This document shows positions 10,204-19,133 of a stretch of DNA of 64,000 nt, piece by piece (positions within the stretch are counted from its first letter, which is position 1; every line of letters begins with the position of its first letter). This stretch comes from an uncultured Victivallales bacterium (GTDB lineage: Bacteria > Verrucomicrobiota > Lentisphaeria > Victivallales > UBA1829): the NCBI GenBank assembly GCA_934661375.1, contig CAKUJH010000004.1:45968-109967 (forward strand), given 5' to 3'. A model generated the notes under the pieces. It made no database searches, had not been told where the DNA came from, and was given only the letters and a program-made list of their open reading frames with translations. Position numbers and translations under genes: made by a program.

Positions 10204-11591
10204 GAGAAAACCTCCGCTTTTTCCAGTAATTCCAAAATGATTTTTCGACAATAAGCACGGGGATCATCCTGCAAGGGGATGTCTTCCATGAAGTCCCATA
10301 ATTTCCGTCGGTGCAGAAAGTCTTCGGCTTCCGGGGACAGCGATCTGAAGCGGTATTTCCTTTTCTGCAGTCCCGCACGTGCCAGGTCATACCCGATCAT
10401 CAGCAAATCAATCCGGTTTTCATGTTCAAAAGCAAAATCAATATAACGCCGGAAGAGATCGAGTGAAGGATTCAGCCAGAATTCGCGAAACAGCAGAGCC
10501 TGTTGTCTGCGGAATGGATCTGTGATATATTTTTCAATGGGAAAATCCGGGTCGCAGCAGAAAATCCCCTGTTTTTTTTGAATCAGAGTTTTTTCCAATT
10601 CGGAAGGTTCATAGAAAACAGTTTCGCCATTCAAAGCTCTTGACAGAATTTCAAACTGTTCCGCAAAACCAGAATATCCCGGTTCATAGGCTTCATAGCA
10701 GACTCCTTGTATTCCAAGCGTCCGATATATATCCAGATCTTTCAGCAGGGGCTCCGTGGTATATTGGAAAGTTCCGAGCAGGCTTTGTCCCATGACATTT
10801 TCATGAATATAGATTTTTTTCGGAAATGCGGCAGACCATTCCTTCAGACGGTTGAGATGATAAGCATTCGGGGTGTCTGCATCCGGGAGCTGGCTGGTTT
10901 CGGCATATTGAAGCAGCTCCGCATTGAACGAGTCGGCATGACTGCCGAGCGGGAAACGTCCGCAACGGTAAAAAGTATCGTACATAATGTTCGACATTGA
11001 CAGAAAAGGCGTCCGGTTTTGAGGAATATTATATCGCTTGACATAGATGTCAGTCTCGAATTTCAGTTCCGGCCGGACTTCCTTAACGGCTTGAACAAAA
11101 AGTTCCACGAACGGCTGCCATTTTTCATGGTCCGGGAGATTCCGGCATTTTTCGCATTGGCAGAACATCAAACCATCGGCAGCCCGCATATGGACATGCC
11201 GAATGGAATCCGGCAATGATTTCAGCCATTGCCGTGCGCCGTATTGAAATGCTTCCAGGGCTTCCGGTTCATATCGGCAAGGATAGGTTTCACATTCCAA
11301 CCGGGTTGTATAAGGGGAACCGTCCTTCCTTTTGGCAAACCAGTTCTGTTTCCATCCTGCATAAGATAAGAATGTGCGGGGACCGAAAGTCATGAGGATG
11401 ATTTCGATTCCTGCATTCCTGCATTCTTCCAGAATCAGTTCCCGGTAGCGTTTCCATCCGTAGTCGTAATGAACAATGAGTGTATTCATGTTCAATGTCT
11501 TCATTCTGCGGATAAAATTCCGCAGTTGTTCAGGAGTGTGCCGCAACAGACTTTCGCACGGATTGAATCCGCGGACAGCAAAAGGTTTCAT
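10200..11591 (-). CDS. Uncharacterised TIM-barrel-like protein with a CxCxxC cluster (possible GH42-like clan-A fold)
   Basis: 463 aa. Motifs TYPCRYEPEA and DGLMFCQCEKCR. VKEVRPELKFETDIY parallels LKELKPELEITCCVH in the protein at 35463-36497. ATGA overlaps at both ends. Confidence 0.45.
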   Translation of the reverse strand: MKPFAVRGFNPCESLLRHTPEQLRNFIRRMKTLNMNTLIVHYDYGWKRYRELILEECRNAGIEIILMTFGPRTFLSYAGWKQNWFAKRKDGSPYTTRLECETYPCRYEPEALEAFQYGARQWLKSLPDSIRHVHMRAADGLMFCQCEKCRNLPDHEKWQPFVELFVQAVKEVRPELKFETDIYVKRYNIPQNRTPFLSMSNIMYDTFYRCGRFPLGSHADSFNAELLQYAETSQLPDADTPNAYHLNRLKEWSAAFPKKIYIHENVMGQSLLGTFQYTTEPLLKDLDIYRTLGIQGVCYEAYEPGYSGFAEQFEILSRALNGETVFYEPSELEKTLIQKKQGIFCCDPDFPIEKYITDPFRRQQALLFREFWLNPSLDLFRRYIDFAFEHENRIDLLMIGYDLARAGLQKRKYRFRSLSPEAEDFLHRRKLWDFMEDIPLQDDPRAYCRKIILELLEKAEVFS

Positions 11592-12730
11592 GATTGCACC
11601 GTTTCTTTTATTGCATCCAGAAATCCGCTCTGATAATGTTCATCCGGAAGCAGTGCCATGCCTTCCGTCCATTCATTCCAGGCGTTGATGATGACCGCCG
11701 GTGCGTCCTTCGTCAACGCTTTTTGCAGAATGCTCTTGAATTTTTCCGGTGTATTTCCGGTGCAGATCGGACAATATCCCAGTTTTATATAATCCATCGG
11801 GAATTTGATTTTCCGGCTCCATCGCGGCGCCACATCCAGTCCCAGTGTGACACTGGGGAAATGCGGCAGTCCTCCTTCTTCAATTCGTTTCCAGCAATAT
11901 TCCTGTGAACGGGTCATGGCGGAATAATCGAATACCGGGTATTCCTGCGGTAAGGTCATGTAATTGTCCGGAGCAATAATATTGTAAGCGAACACTGCAT
12001 CGAAACCGGCTTTTTTCAACAGAGGAACCCGATCCCAGCCGCAGAAGTACGCATTGTCATTGCAGCAGCCCACGTTCATCAGCAGGAAGATTCCGGGAAA
12101 ACCGTTTCTGCGGATCTGTTCATTCATGATTTTTACAACATCCGCAGGCGGAATTTCCTTGAATAATGCGGCACTGTCAAAGAAGGAGAATACAGGTTTG
12201 CCGTTCATTTTCCAATAATTTTCGCAGTGGAAATATTTTCTGCAGCAGAAATCTGCGGCATTCCGCAAATCCGTTTCGGAGTGCCGGCAGGTCAGCCACA
12301 GTCTGCTGGATTGATTGACGTTTCCGTTCATCTGCTGATGCTGTTCGTCATCCAAAGCCGGCCAGACCCCCCAGCTGTGATTTGCCCACATCAAAGCAAA
12401 TTTCAGCCTGTTCCGGTTCGGCGCATGGAGAAATGCTTCGTCCAGCGGTTTTTCGAGGAACTGCTCACCATCATACCAATACCAGTCGAACAGAAATCCA
12501 GAGATCCCGTGATCCGCGGCAAGATCAATCTGGCGTTTCATCATTTCTGAATCGGATTCGTCAAAATATCCCCACAGCGGTTTTTTCGGCTGTACGTGCC
12601 CTTCGAACAGCGGTTTTGCGGATTTTACCAGTTCCCACTCACTGAATCCTTTGCCATACCATTTTTCGTAATGGCGATCCGGATGCCAGCTTGGGAAATA
12701 GACCGCAAAAATATCTTTATCTGTTTTCAT
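11588..12730 (-). CDS. GH99-like / WbsX-family protein
   Basis: The N-terminus FAVYFPSWHPDRHYEKWYGKGFSEWELV...LWGYFDESD...DHGISGFLFDWYWY matches my recollection of the WbsX (glycoside hydrolase 99-like) family. Confidence 0.65.
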   Translation of the reverse strand: MKTDKDIFAVYFPSWHPDRHYEKWYGKGFSEWELVKSAKPLFEGHVQPKKPLWGYFDESDSEMMKRQIDLAADHGISGFLFDWYWYDGEQFLEKPLDEAFLHAPNRNRLKFALMWANHSWGVWPALDDEQHQQMNGNVNQSSRLWLTCRHSETDLRNAADFCCRKYFHCENYWKMNGKPVFSFFDSAALFKEIPPADVVKIMNEQIRRNGFPGIFLLMNVGCCNDNAYFCGWDRVPLLKKAGFDAVFAYNIIAPDNYMTLPQEYPVFDYSAMTRSQEYCWKRIEEGGLPHFPSVTLGLDVAPRWSRKIKFPMDYIKLGYCPICTGNTPEKFKSILQKALTKDAPAVIINAWNEWTEGMALLPDEHYQSGFLDAIKETVQS

Positions 12731-14481
12731 GATGCTTTGCCGGTGGAAATATCTGCTCTGATTGCTGTTGTGTCTGATTCATCCGCTTTTTCAAGACGGA
12801 GAAAATCAATGATGAAAAATTCACCTTTCATCATGTTTTTCTTACCGTCTTTGCCGAAGGCTCCCTGATTTTTAATCCGGACTCCGCAAAGATAAAACTT
12901 TATGTCGATTCTGCGTTTTCCTGTTTGCTGCCCCAGTATTTTGCGCAGATCAAATGCGCAGTAGCGGAATTGGGAATCCAGATAATCTTCCATTAATTCA
13001 TATTGTTTTCCGGTGGACTGATCAATGATTTTAACGGCAATGTGTCCGCCGGGTATTCCGGTATCGCGGAGGTTCCAGGTCAGAACCGGATACTGCTCCA
13101 GATCAATATCCACATCTGCAATTCTGATATGCGGATAAGTCGGTCTGTCAGTTCTGGACAATATGATCGCGCTTTCTCCGGCGTCACCCAGCGCCAGATA
13201 CTCTGCGCAGGGAATCTTCTGGCCATCAAGATTATCGCTCAAAAGCCAGGGGTTGCTTTTCATGGTAATGCTGCGGTATGCTCCAGGTACGATTTGCTGC
13301 AGATGCTTTTTCTGTCCTTTTTCCTGCGATACCGCAGGCTGCGCCGGAGATGCAATTTTACCGGCTTTTTCCAATGCCGTTTTCAATGCCAGACTGGTTG
13401 CTTCCGGCGAGAGCTGCTGTTCATTTATGTGGATGATATTTTTTTCAACCTGCGAGATCGCTTCTTTCAAACCAGCCGGAAGTTCCTTCAGAAATTCTCC
13501 GACATTCCCTGATATATTCAGCAGAATCATACCGGGATGAGCTTGATTGAAATAATTTTTCACATTAATCTGCTGCGACAGCATCAGCGGAGGGATTCCC
13601 ATGATTTGAGAGTCGCGAATGGTGATGCTGTTAGGGAATTCTTCACAATATACTGCGGTTTTCCGTACGGTGTTCCCCTGTGCAAACAGTGAACAGTCTT
13701 CCAGCAATATATGCTTTCCCCAGCCGTTGGCGAAATATTTTGCTTTATTGACTACCGGAGTGAAACCGCCTCCTTCTCCGCCGAAACGGAAATTCCGGCA
13801 AGTGAGGTTATGTCCGTAATTGTCAATCCACCGCAAATCACTGTTCACAACCAGCGGAACTCCGACGATATTGTTGCAGACAAGATAGTTGTGATTCTCA
13901 ATGACCGGCAGGTTTTTTGGGTTTTCCATTGCTGTCTGAATCCAGGAATCACTGAAATGGCAGTGATCGCTCACTGTTATCAATGCCTGACGGCAAAAAT
14001 CGAAAACACATTTTTCTACAATGCATAACGTGGATGCGGTTCCTTTCAAAAAACGGATTGCAGCACCGTTTGACTTGATGAACCGGCAATTGGAAATTAT
14101 GATCTGCCCCCGGTCAACATTTCGGTTTCCCAGCGCAAGCTGATCGCGTCCGCCTTTCAGGACAATTCCTGTAATATGAATACGCCAGGTGCTGTTGGAA
14201 TAAAAAACATCTTTCTCCGGATTTTCCATGATAAAACAGGGATATCCTTCGCCTATGATTTCCGGAACCCCGGAAATGTTGACGGTATCCGTCAGCCGGT
14301 AACTGCGTCCTCCGGAAATGCGGAGTGCTTTCTGTTTTCTGGCTGCTGTTTTCATCGCGGTCTGAATATATGCCGTATGATCTGCGGCATTCGGGTCTTT
14401 GATGAAATCATTCAAATGGAGTGTGTCATTGCCGAACAATGTCCCTGCCGCACAAAGTAAGATTACTGCGATCCGTTTCAT
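12727..14481 (-). CDS. Secreted right-handed beta-helix protein (pectate-lyase-superfamily fold) with a ~200 aa C-terminal extension
   Basis: Signal peptide MKRIAVILLCAAGTLFG. Repeats of the type IIISNCRF. Shares the block RWIDNYGHNLTCRNFRFGGEGGG with the upstream paralog. Confidence 0.6.
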   Translation of the reverse strand: MKRIAVILLCAAGTLFGNDTLHLNDFIKDPNAADHTAYIQTAMKTAARKQKALRISGGRSYRLTDTVNISGVPEIIGEGYPCFIMENPEKDVFYSNSTWRIHITGIVLKGGRDQLALGNRNVDRGQIIISNCRFIKSNGAAIRFLKGTASTLCIVEKCVFDFCRQALITVSDHCHFSDSWIQTAMENPKNLPVIENHNYLVCNNIVGVPLVVNSDLRWIDNYGHNLTCRNFRFGGEGGGFTPVVNKAKYFANGWGKHILLEDCSLFAQGNTVRKTAVYCEEFPNSITIRDSQIMGIPPLMLSQQINVKNYFNQAHPGMILLNISGNVGEFLKELPAGLKEAISQVEKNIIHINEQQLSPEATSLALKTALEKAGKIASPAQPAVSQEKGQKKHLQQIVPGAYRSITMKSNPWLLSDNLDGQKIPCAEYLALGDAGESAIILSRTDRPTYPHIRIADVDIDLEQYPVLTWNLRDTGIPGGHIAVKIIDQSTGKQYELMEDYLDSQFRYCAFDLRKILGQQTGKRRIDIKFYLCGVRIKNQGAFGKDGKKNMMKGEFFIIDFLRLEKADESDTTAIRADISTGKAS

Positions 14482-15620
14482 TATTTCCCCGTCTTTCCGG
14501 TAGATTCAGCCTTGGCAGGTTTTCCTTTTGTTTCGGAAAATTTGATATCGCCTCCATATACAGCGTTTTTCAGAATTCCGGGCAGTACGCTTTGCATAGT
14601 CGCATCCGTATCGTTGACGCGGAATAGAATCAGCCGTTTGATTCTTGCCGGATTCTTTTCCAGATATTCCAGATTGGCACTTGGTTCAACCAGAAACATT
14701 CTGGTATCAATAAGACCGGTGCAGGAGTCGATGGTAACATTGTTCGGGATTTCAAAGAAGCGGATGACTTGTGTTCCTGCACAGTAAATCCAGCAATCCG
14801 TGAGCAGTATGGAGCTGGGAACCACCGGATATTTCCATCGGAAAGCCCGGTAGTTGTAAATGATGGGAAGTCCGCCGCCTTCACCGCCGAAACGGGTGTC
14901 GCGGCAGGTCAGTTTCAGTCCGTAATTGTCAATCCAACGCTGTTTGGTCTGCGCGCGGGGCGTTTTGACCAGAGGGACTCCCAGAACATGGTCAATAGTC
15001 AGACAGCCGTAATTCACAATCGCAGCCTGGTCGAACATTTTCGGACTGGTGGTTATCCAGCTGTTGGACAGCCGTACCCAGTCGCCAGTGCTTTGCAGCA
15101 CCTGCCGGTTGGAATAAAATGAACATGCATCTATCAGCACATGCGCGGAAACCATTTCTCTGCCGAATTTGATGGCAAATTCTCCTGCTTTCTGGAATTT
15201 GCAATTGGAGATGATGATATTGGTTCGGTCTGTATTGTTGTTGCTCAGCTGCAGCTGATTTTTGCCGCCATGGAATGACAGTCCTTCAATTTTCAGTTTC
15301 CAGGCGGAATTGAAAATGAAAATATCTTTGTTTTCATCTTTCATGATAATTTCCGGATATCCGTCTCCACGGATTTCCCCATTGGCAAGAGCGGACAGAT
15401 CGATCGTGTCCGTCAGATAATACGAGCCAGCCGGCAAGTGCAGATATCTGAGTCTTTTGCGCTGAATTTCCTGAACCGCCTGCCGGAACGCTTCAGTATC
15501 ATCGCCGGGTTTTCCATATTTCTGAATATATTCACGCATATTCAATTCCGTTTGAGGTGCTGCCAGTAATTGCAGTCCGCAGCACAGAATGAACATCAGG
15601 AGACACATTGCTTTTTTCAT
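14481..15620 (-). CDS. Secreted right-handed beta-helix protein, tandem paralog of 12727-14481
   Basis: I chose the ATG at 15620 (MKKAMCLLMFILCCGLQLLAAPQ signal peptide, gagg RBS). Shared blocks: IIISNCKF and RWIDNYGLKLTCRDTRFGGEGGG. Its stop overlaps the next start as TAATG. Confidence 0.6.
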   Translation of the reverse strand: MKKAMCLLMFILCCGLQLLAAPQTELNMREYIQKYGKPGDDTEAFRQAVQEIQRKRLRYLHLPAGSYYLTDTIDLSALANGEIRGDGYPEIIMKDENKDIFIFNSAWKLKIEGLSFHGGKNQLQLSNNNTDRTNIIISNCKFQKAGEFAIKFGREMVSAHVLIDACSFYSNRQVLQSTGDWVRLSNSWITTSPKMFDQAAIVNYGCLTIDHVLGVPLVKTPRAQTKQRWIDNYGLKLTCRDTRFGGEGGGLPIIYNYRAFRWKYPVVPSSILLTDCWIYCAGTQVIRFFEIPNNVTIDSCTGLIDTRMFLVEPSANLEYLEKNPARIKRLILFRVNDTDATMQSVLPGILKNAVYGGDIKFSETKGKPAKAESTGKTGK

Positions 15621-15654
15621 AAAATAAACCTCGTTTTTTTGATGGTTGCAGTTT

Positions 15655-16437
15655 TCAGTAACAGTAAGTTGCATTCCATTCGGAAGCGCAGAATGGTTCA
15701 TTCCGGTAGCCCGTTGACCCTACGGTTTTCCAAAAATTCACATCCCCGACATGACCGTCCACAAACTGTACCATGGTTTTAGCAATACCATGATAAGTTC
15801 CCGGCGCCCACATCCGGTAAAATCCTTCATATGACAGTACCGGGTAATTGCCCGGAGTGCTGATGGTGTACCCTCCCTTTGAATAATTCTGATATTCTCC
15901 GCAATAAATGAGTTTTCCCGGCGATTTGAGCCGTTCCACTTTTGCTCCGTAATGTCTTTTCCCGGAACTGTTTTGCCCCCATCCGAGGTTGTACAGCATA
16001 CGGGTGATCCCGTAACTGCCGTTTGACCAATAGAGGGGCTGCGATGACAGATGCGGAGCCAGCTCCAGATGATTCGGGCACCGGAATGTTTTCATTCCTT
16101 TTGTATAAGAAATCGTATCATTATGAATATCTTTAGCCATGTACACGGCTAAAAGCGCATTCCAGCAATACTGCTGCAGAAAAGTGCTTTGCGCAAACGG
16201 CGTGACCATTCCGTTGTAATCTGCGGAATAGAGGTTCATGGAAATTCCGATCTGTTTCAGATTGTTCCGGCACGCTGTCATTTTTGCCATTTGCCGGGCC
16301 TTGTTCAGAGCCGGCAGGAGCATTCCAGCCAGAATGGCAATGATCGCTATAATAATCAGCAGCTCAATTAATGTAAAATGGTTTGACCGGTGCTTTTCAT
16401 TGGACCCCACTGGTGTTGAACATTCTCTTCGCCTCAT
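15655..16437 (-). CDS. Prepilin-type N-terminal cleavage/methylation domain protein (pseudopilin-like)
   Basis: [44 protein letters not shown], and C-terminal [11 protein letters not shown] at 16437 with RBS aaggag. The track start at 16518 lies inside the predicted promoter. Confidence 0.85.
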   Translation of the reverse strand: MRRRECSTPVGSNEKHRSNHFTLIELLIIIAIIAILAGMLLPALNKARQMAKMTACRNNLKQIGISMNLYSADYNGMVTPFAQSTFLQQYCWNALLAVYMAKDIHNDTISYTKGMKTFRCPNHLELAPHLSSQPLYWSNGSYGITRMLYNLGWGQNSSGKRHYGAKVERLKSPGKLIYCGEYQNYSKGGYTISTPGNYPVLSYEGFYRMWAPGTYHGIAKTMVQFVDGHVGDVNFWKTVGSTGYRNEPFCASEWNATYCY

Positions 16438-16489
16438 TTCTTTCTCCTTGTTGTTTATTGCTGGAAATAAACTTTCTGAAAACTTCTTT

Positions 16490-16518
16490 ATTATAGCATA
16501 CATTCTGACAATCTGCAA
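16490..16518 (-). promoter_or_regulatory. Candidate sigma70 promoter with an extended -10, for the pseudopilin-led operon
   Basis: Minus strand: TTGCAG (16518-16513), 17 nt of spacer ending in TGC, then TATAAT (16495-16490), about 50 nt upstream of the ATG at 16437. Confidence 0.45.
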
Positions 16519-16946
16519 TGGTAAAAATAGAGTATTGCTGGTAAAAAAGTTGCATTGCAGTCACAGGTATTCGTGAAAGCACGTTGGCTGTAAAAAATAC
16601 GGATTTATCTGGTATTGCTGTTGTTTGCACGATCAATATTCCGGTTAGAACGTTTTTCCTGATAACGTAAACAGGGAATAGATAGAACAGAAGATGCCGT
16701 TTTATGACTTCCTGCTCGCTTGATGCGGGCAGCAGTTTTCAGAGTTACTGATTCTCTTGGATATGGTATAGTCGTATAGATTGCGATTCTGTCGATAATC
16801 TGAAACAAAGCAGGAGAAAATTTCCTCAATTCCTGCCGTTCGGAGAGGTTTCGGAGAATAATGTTGGTGAACGAAGTTGAAATATAGCAGAAAGCATGAT
16901 ATGATATAAAGAAAATTATCTGGCAGCAGATTTGTGGAGAACCAGT

Positions 16947-17759
16947 ATGGCGTCAAAATATTTTTATGTGAACCGGTACATCGGAAGCAATGGCACCGCT
17001 TTGAGGATCAACGCACCGATTCATGTCCGCACCTGCGGTCATTATATTGTTGATAAAACTTTCCGGGACAATTATCTGAAGAAAGATTTCCTGGAATTGT
17101 TCTGGTGCGTACGCGGAAGCGCCCGCATCGGATTCCAGGGACGCGTATTTCTGATGCAGCCCCGGAATGTCTTTTTTTATCTTCCCGGCGATTTTCATGA
17201 CATCACGGCACATTCCGCCCCGCTGGAGTACTACTGGATGACGCTTGACGGAAACAATCTGGACAATCTGATCGAACATTTCAAGCTGGAGCAGAAAATC
17301 ATACAGGCAGACATCTGTCCTATCAATCTGTTCCGTCAGCTGGCTCAACACATGGAAGAGCATACAATCCGCGGTGAATATCTGGCAGGGGCAGCGGCAT
17401 ATCATATCCTGTCTATGGCTATGGCCGGACAAATCAGCGAACAACCGTTATTTGAACTCTTCCGTGAATTGATTCAGCGCGGATACAACAATCCGGAACT
17501 GACCATAGAACAGATTGCGCAGCAGCTCAGTGTTCATCGCACGACTTTGACCCGCTGCCTGAAAACAGTTACCGGAATGACTCCCGGACAGTATCTGCTG
17601 GCATTCCGAATGCAGGAAGCCCTTTCCCTGATCAAAAACACGACTCTTCAGTTCAAGAAAATTGCGGATGAAGTCGGTTTGCCGGATCAGAATTATTTTG
17701 CCAAAGTAGTTCGCAAACAGTTTGGCATGAGTCCCTCCGAACTGAGGAAAAACTCCTGA
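16947..17759 (+). CDS. AraC-family transcriptional regulator (cupin sensor domain plus HTH)
   Basis: C-terminal HTH blocks IEQIAQQLSVHRTTLTRCLK and YLLAFRMQEALSLIKNT...IADEVGLPDQNYFAKVVRKQFGMSPSELR. ATG at 16947 with ggag 6 nt upstream; the track start at 16932 is a TTG. Confidence 0.8.
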   Translation: MASKYFYVNRYIGSNGTALRINAPIHVRTCGHYIVDKTFRDNYLKKDFLELFWCVRGSARIGFQGRVFLMQPRNVFFYLPGDFHDITAHSAPLEYYWMTLDGNNLDNLIEHFKLEQKIIQADICPINLFRQLAQHMEEHTIRGEYLAGAAAYHILSMAMAGQISEQPLFELFRELIQRGYNNPELTIEQIAQQLSVHRTTLTRCLKTVTGMTPGQYLLAFRMQEALSLIKNTTLQFKKIADEVGLPDQNYFAKVVRKQFGMSPSELRKNS

Positions 17760-17864
17760 CTCATGAAGTGAAGAAAATTCAGACTTTCCTTCATCCAGTG
17801 TGAAAAACGCTTTTGAGCCGGAATTCTGCTGAAAAAATGCCGCAGTACAGACATAACCAAAAAC

Positions 17865-17896
17865 CAGGACCGCAGGAAAAAAACTTGCGGTCCTGG
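17865..17896. terminator. GC-rich hairpin terminator, copy 2 of the 32-nt repeat at 8184-8215
   Basis: Identical sequence caggaccgcaggaaaaaaacttgcggtcctgg. On the minus strand it is followed by GUUUUUGGUU, downstream of the stop at 17915. It also lies downstream of the plus-strand stop at 17759. Confidence 0.7.
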
Positions 17897-17914
17897 TTTC
17901 CGATCTGCACGGAA

Positions 17915-19090
17915 TCAGAATGAACGGGAAAAATCGCCGGAGTCTCCGGCAGAAACCGTCTTTTTCTGATACCGGCTGGATGCAGCCAGTTTTTCCAGAC
18001 TTCCGGCGTATGCTTCCGCATCCAGCGGAAGTTCCACGGTGCAGTCATGCAATCCGGAATAGAGCATGGCATTGCCGAGTTCAAGACCTTTGATTCCTTC
18101 TTCCAGCGGAGAAATCAGCGGTGTGCCGTGGCGGATGGCATCCGCAACATTGGCGAGAATGTTGCCGTGCTGATTGAAATCCGGACCGAGCGGCGGCAAG
18201 TCGATATTGCAAATCCAGTGCGGTGCTTTGGCAAAACTGAGTTTGCTGGTTCTGCAGAAAACCGACGTTTCAACTTCATTGCGGAGAAATTCCAGTTTGC
18301 CGCTTTCGTAGACCAGACGTCCGCGTTCCGCCATGATTTCCAGCCGGTTTGTTCCGGGCATTTCCCCCGTGGATGCAATGAAATTGCCGGTTTTTCCGTC
18401 GGCGTATTCCAGATAGGCATTGACTTCATCTTCAACTTCAATATCATGATATTTACCCAGTTTGACGGATGCACGGATCCGTGCCGGCATACCGAAGAAC
18501 CATTGCATCAGATCCAGCTGATGCGGACACTGGTTCAGCAGGACGCCGCCGCCTTCGCCGCGCCAGCTTGCGCGCCAGTCGCCGGAATCATAATAATGCT
18601 GTGTGCGGAACCAGTCGGTGATCGTCCAGTTGATCCGCAGAATATGTCCCAGTTCCCCGTTGTCGATCAGCTGTTTTATTTTGATATGGGCAGGCAGAGT
18701 GCGCTGATTCAGCATCAGGGCCTTGACCCTGTCCGGGTAACGGGCGGCTTCGGCAAGCAGCGCCAGTCCGGCGGCTTTGTGAACCGCCAGCGGTTTTTCC
18801 ACGATGACATGTCTGCCCGCCCGCAGGGCGCGAACCGCACATTCCGGATGCGAATAATGCGGAACCGCGACAATCACGCATTCGACCGCTTCATCTTTCA
18901 GGAATTCATCCAGTTCCGGATAGCAGCGGATGGCTGGACGCAGTTCTTCGGGGATGCGCTTGAAGGCTTCCGGATTGATGTCACATGCCGCCACCGCCCG
19001 CGCATTGGACAGACGGCTCAAAAACCTGATGTGCGCGGAACCCATATTGCCGACTCCGACAATTCCGAATCTGACTTTTTCCGATGACAT
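17915..19090 (-). CDS. Gfo/Idh/MocA-family NAD(P)-dependent oxidoreductase
   Basis: VRFGIVGVGNMGSAHIRFL Rossmann motif. I chose the ATG at 19090 (aggag 8 nt upstream). The track's 50-aa N-terminal extension is basic low-complexity sequence. Confidence 0.85.
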   Translation of the reverse strand: MSSEKVRFGIVGVGNMGSAHIRFLSRLSNARAVAACDINPEAFKRIPEELRPAIRCYPELDEFLKDEAVECVIVAVPHYSHPECAVRALRAGRHVIVEKPLAVHKAAGLALLAEAARYPDRVKALMLNQRTLPAHIKIKQLIDNGELGHILRINWTITDWFRTQHYYDSGDWRASWRGEGGGVLLNQCPHQLDLMQWFFGMPARIRASVKLGKYHDIEVEDEVNAYLEYADGKTGNFIASTGEMPGTNRLEIMAERGRLVYESGKLEFLRNEVETSVFCRTSKLSFAKAPHWICNIDLPPLGPDFNQHGNILANVADAIRHGTPLISPLEEGIKGLELGNAMLYSGLHDCTVELPLDAEAYAGSLEKLAASSRYQKKTVSAGDSGDFSRSF

Positions 19091-19133
19091 TTGCATGACT
19101 CCTGTTTCTGTTGATGTGTCAGAAGAATATCTT

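Noticed and set aside
16519-16931. A ~410-nt intergenic region between the pseudopilin operon and the AraC gene, with small ORFs (16397-16636, 16605-16829, 16702-16956). I considered a small gene, sRNA or riboswitch.
   Set aside because: It is AT-rich with no RBS-linked ORF, and I could recognise no conserved RNA motif or strong structure. It is most simply a divergent promoter/operator region; one candidate promoter is reported.
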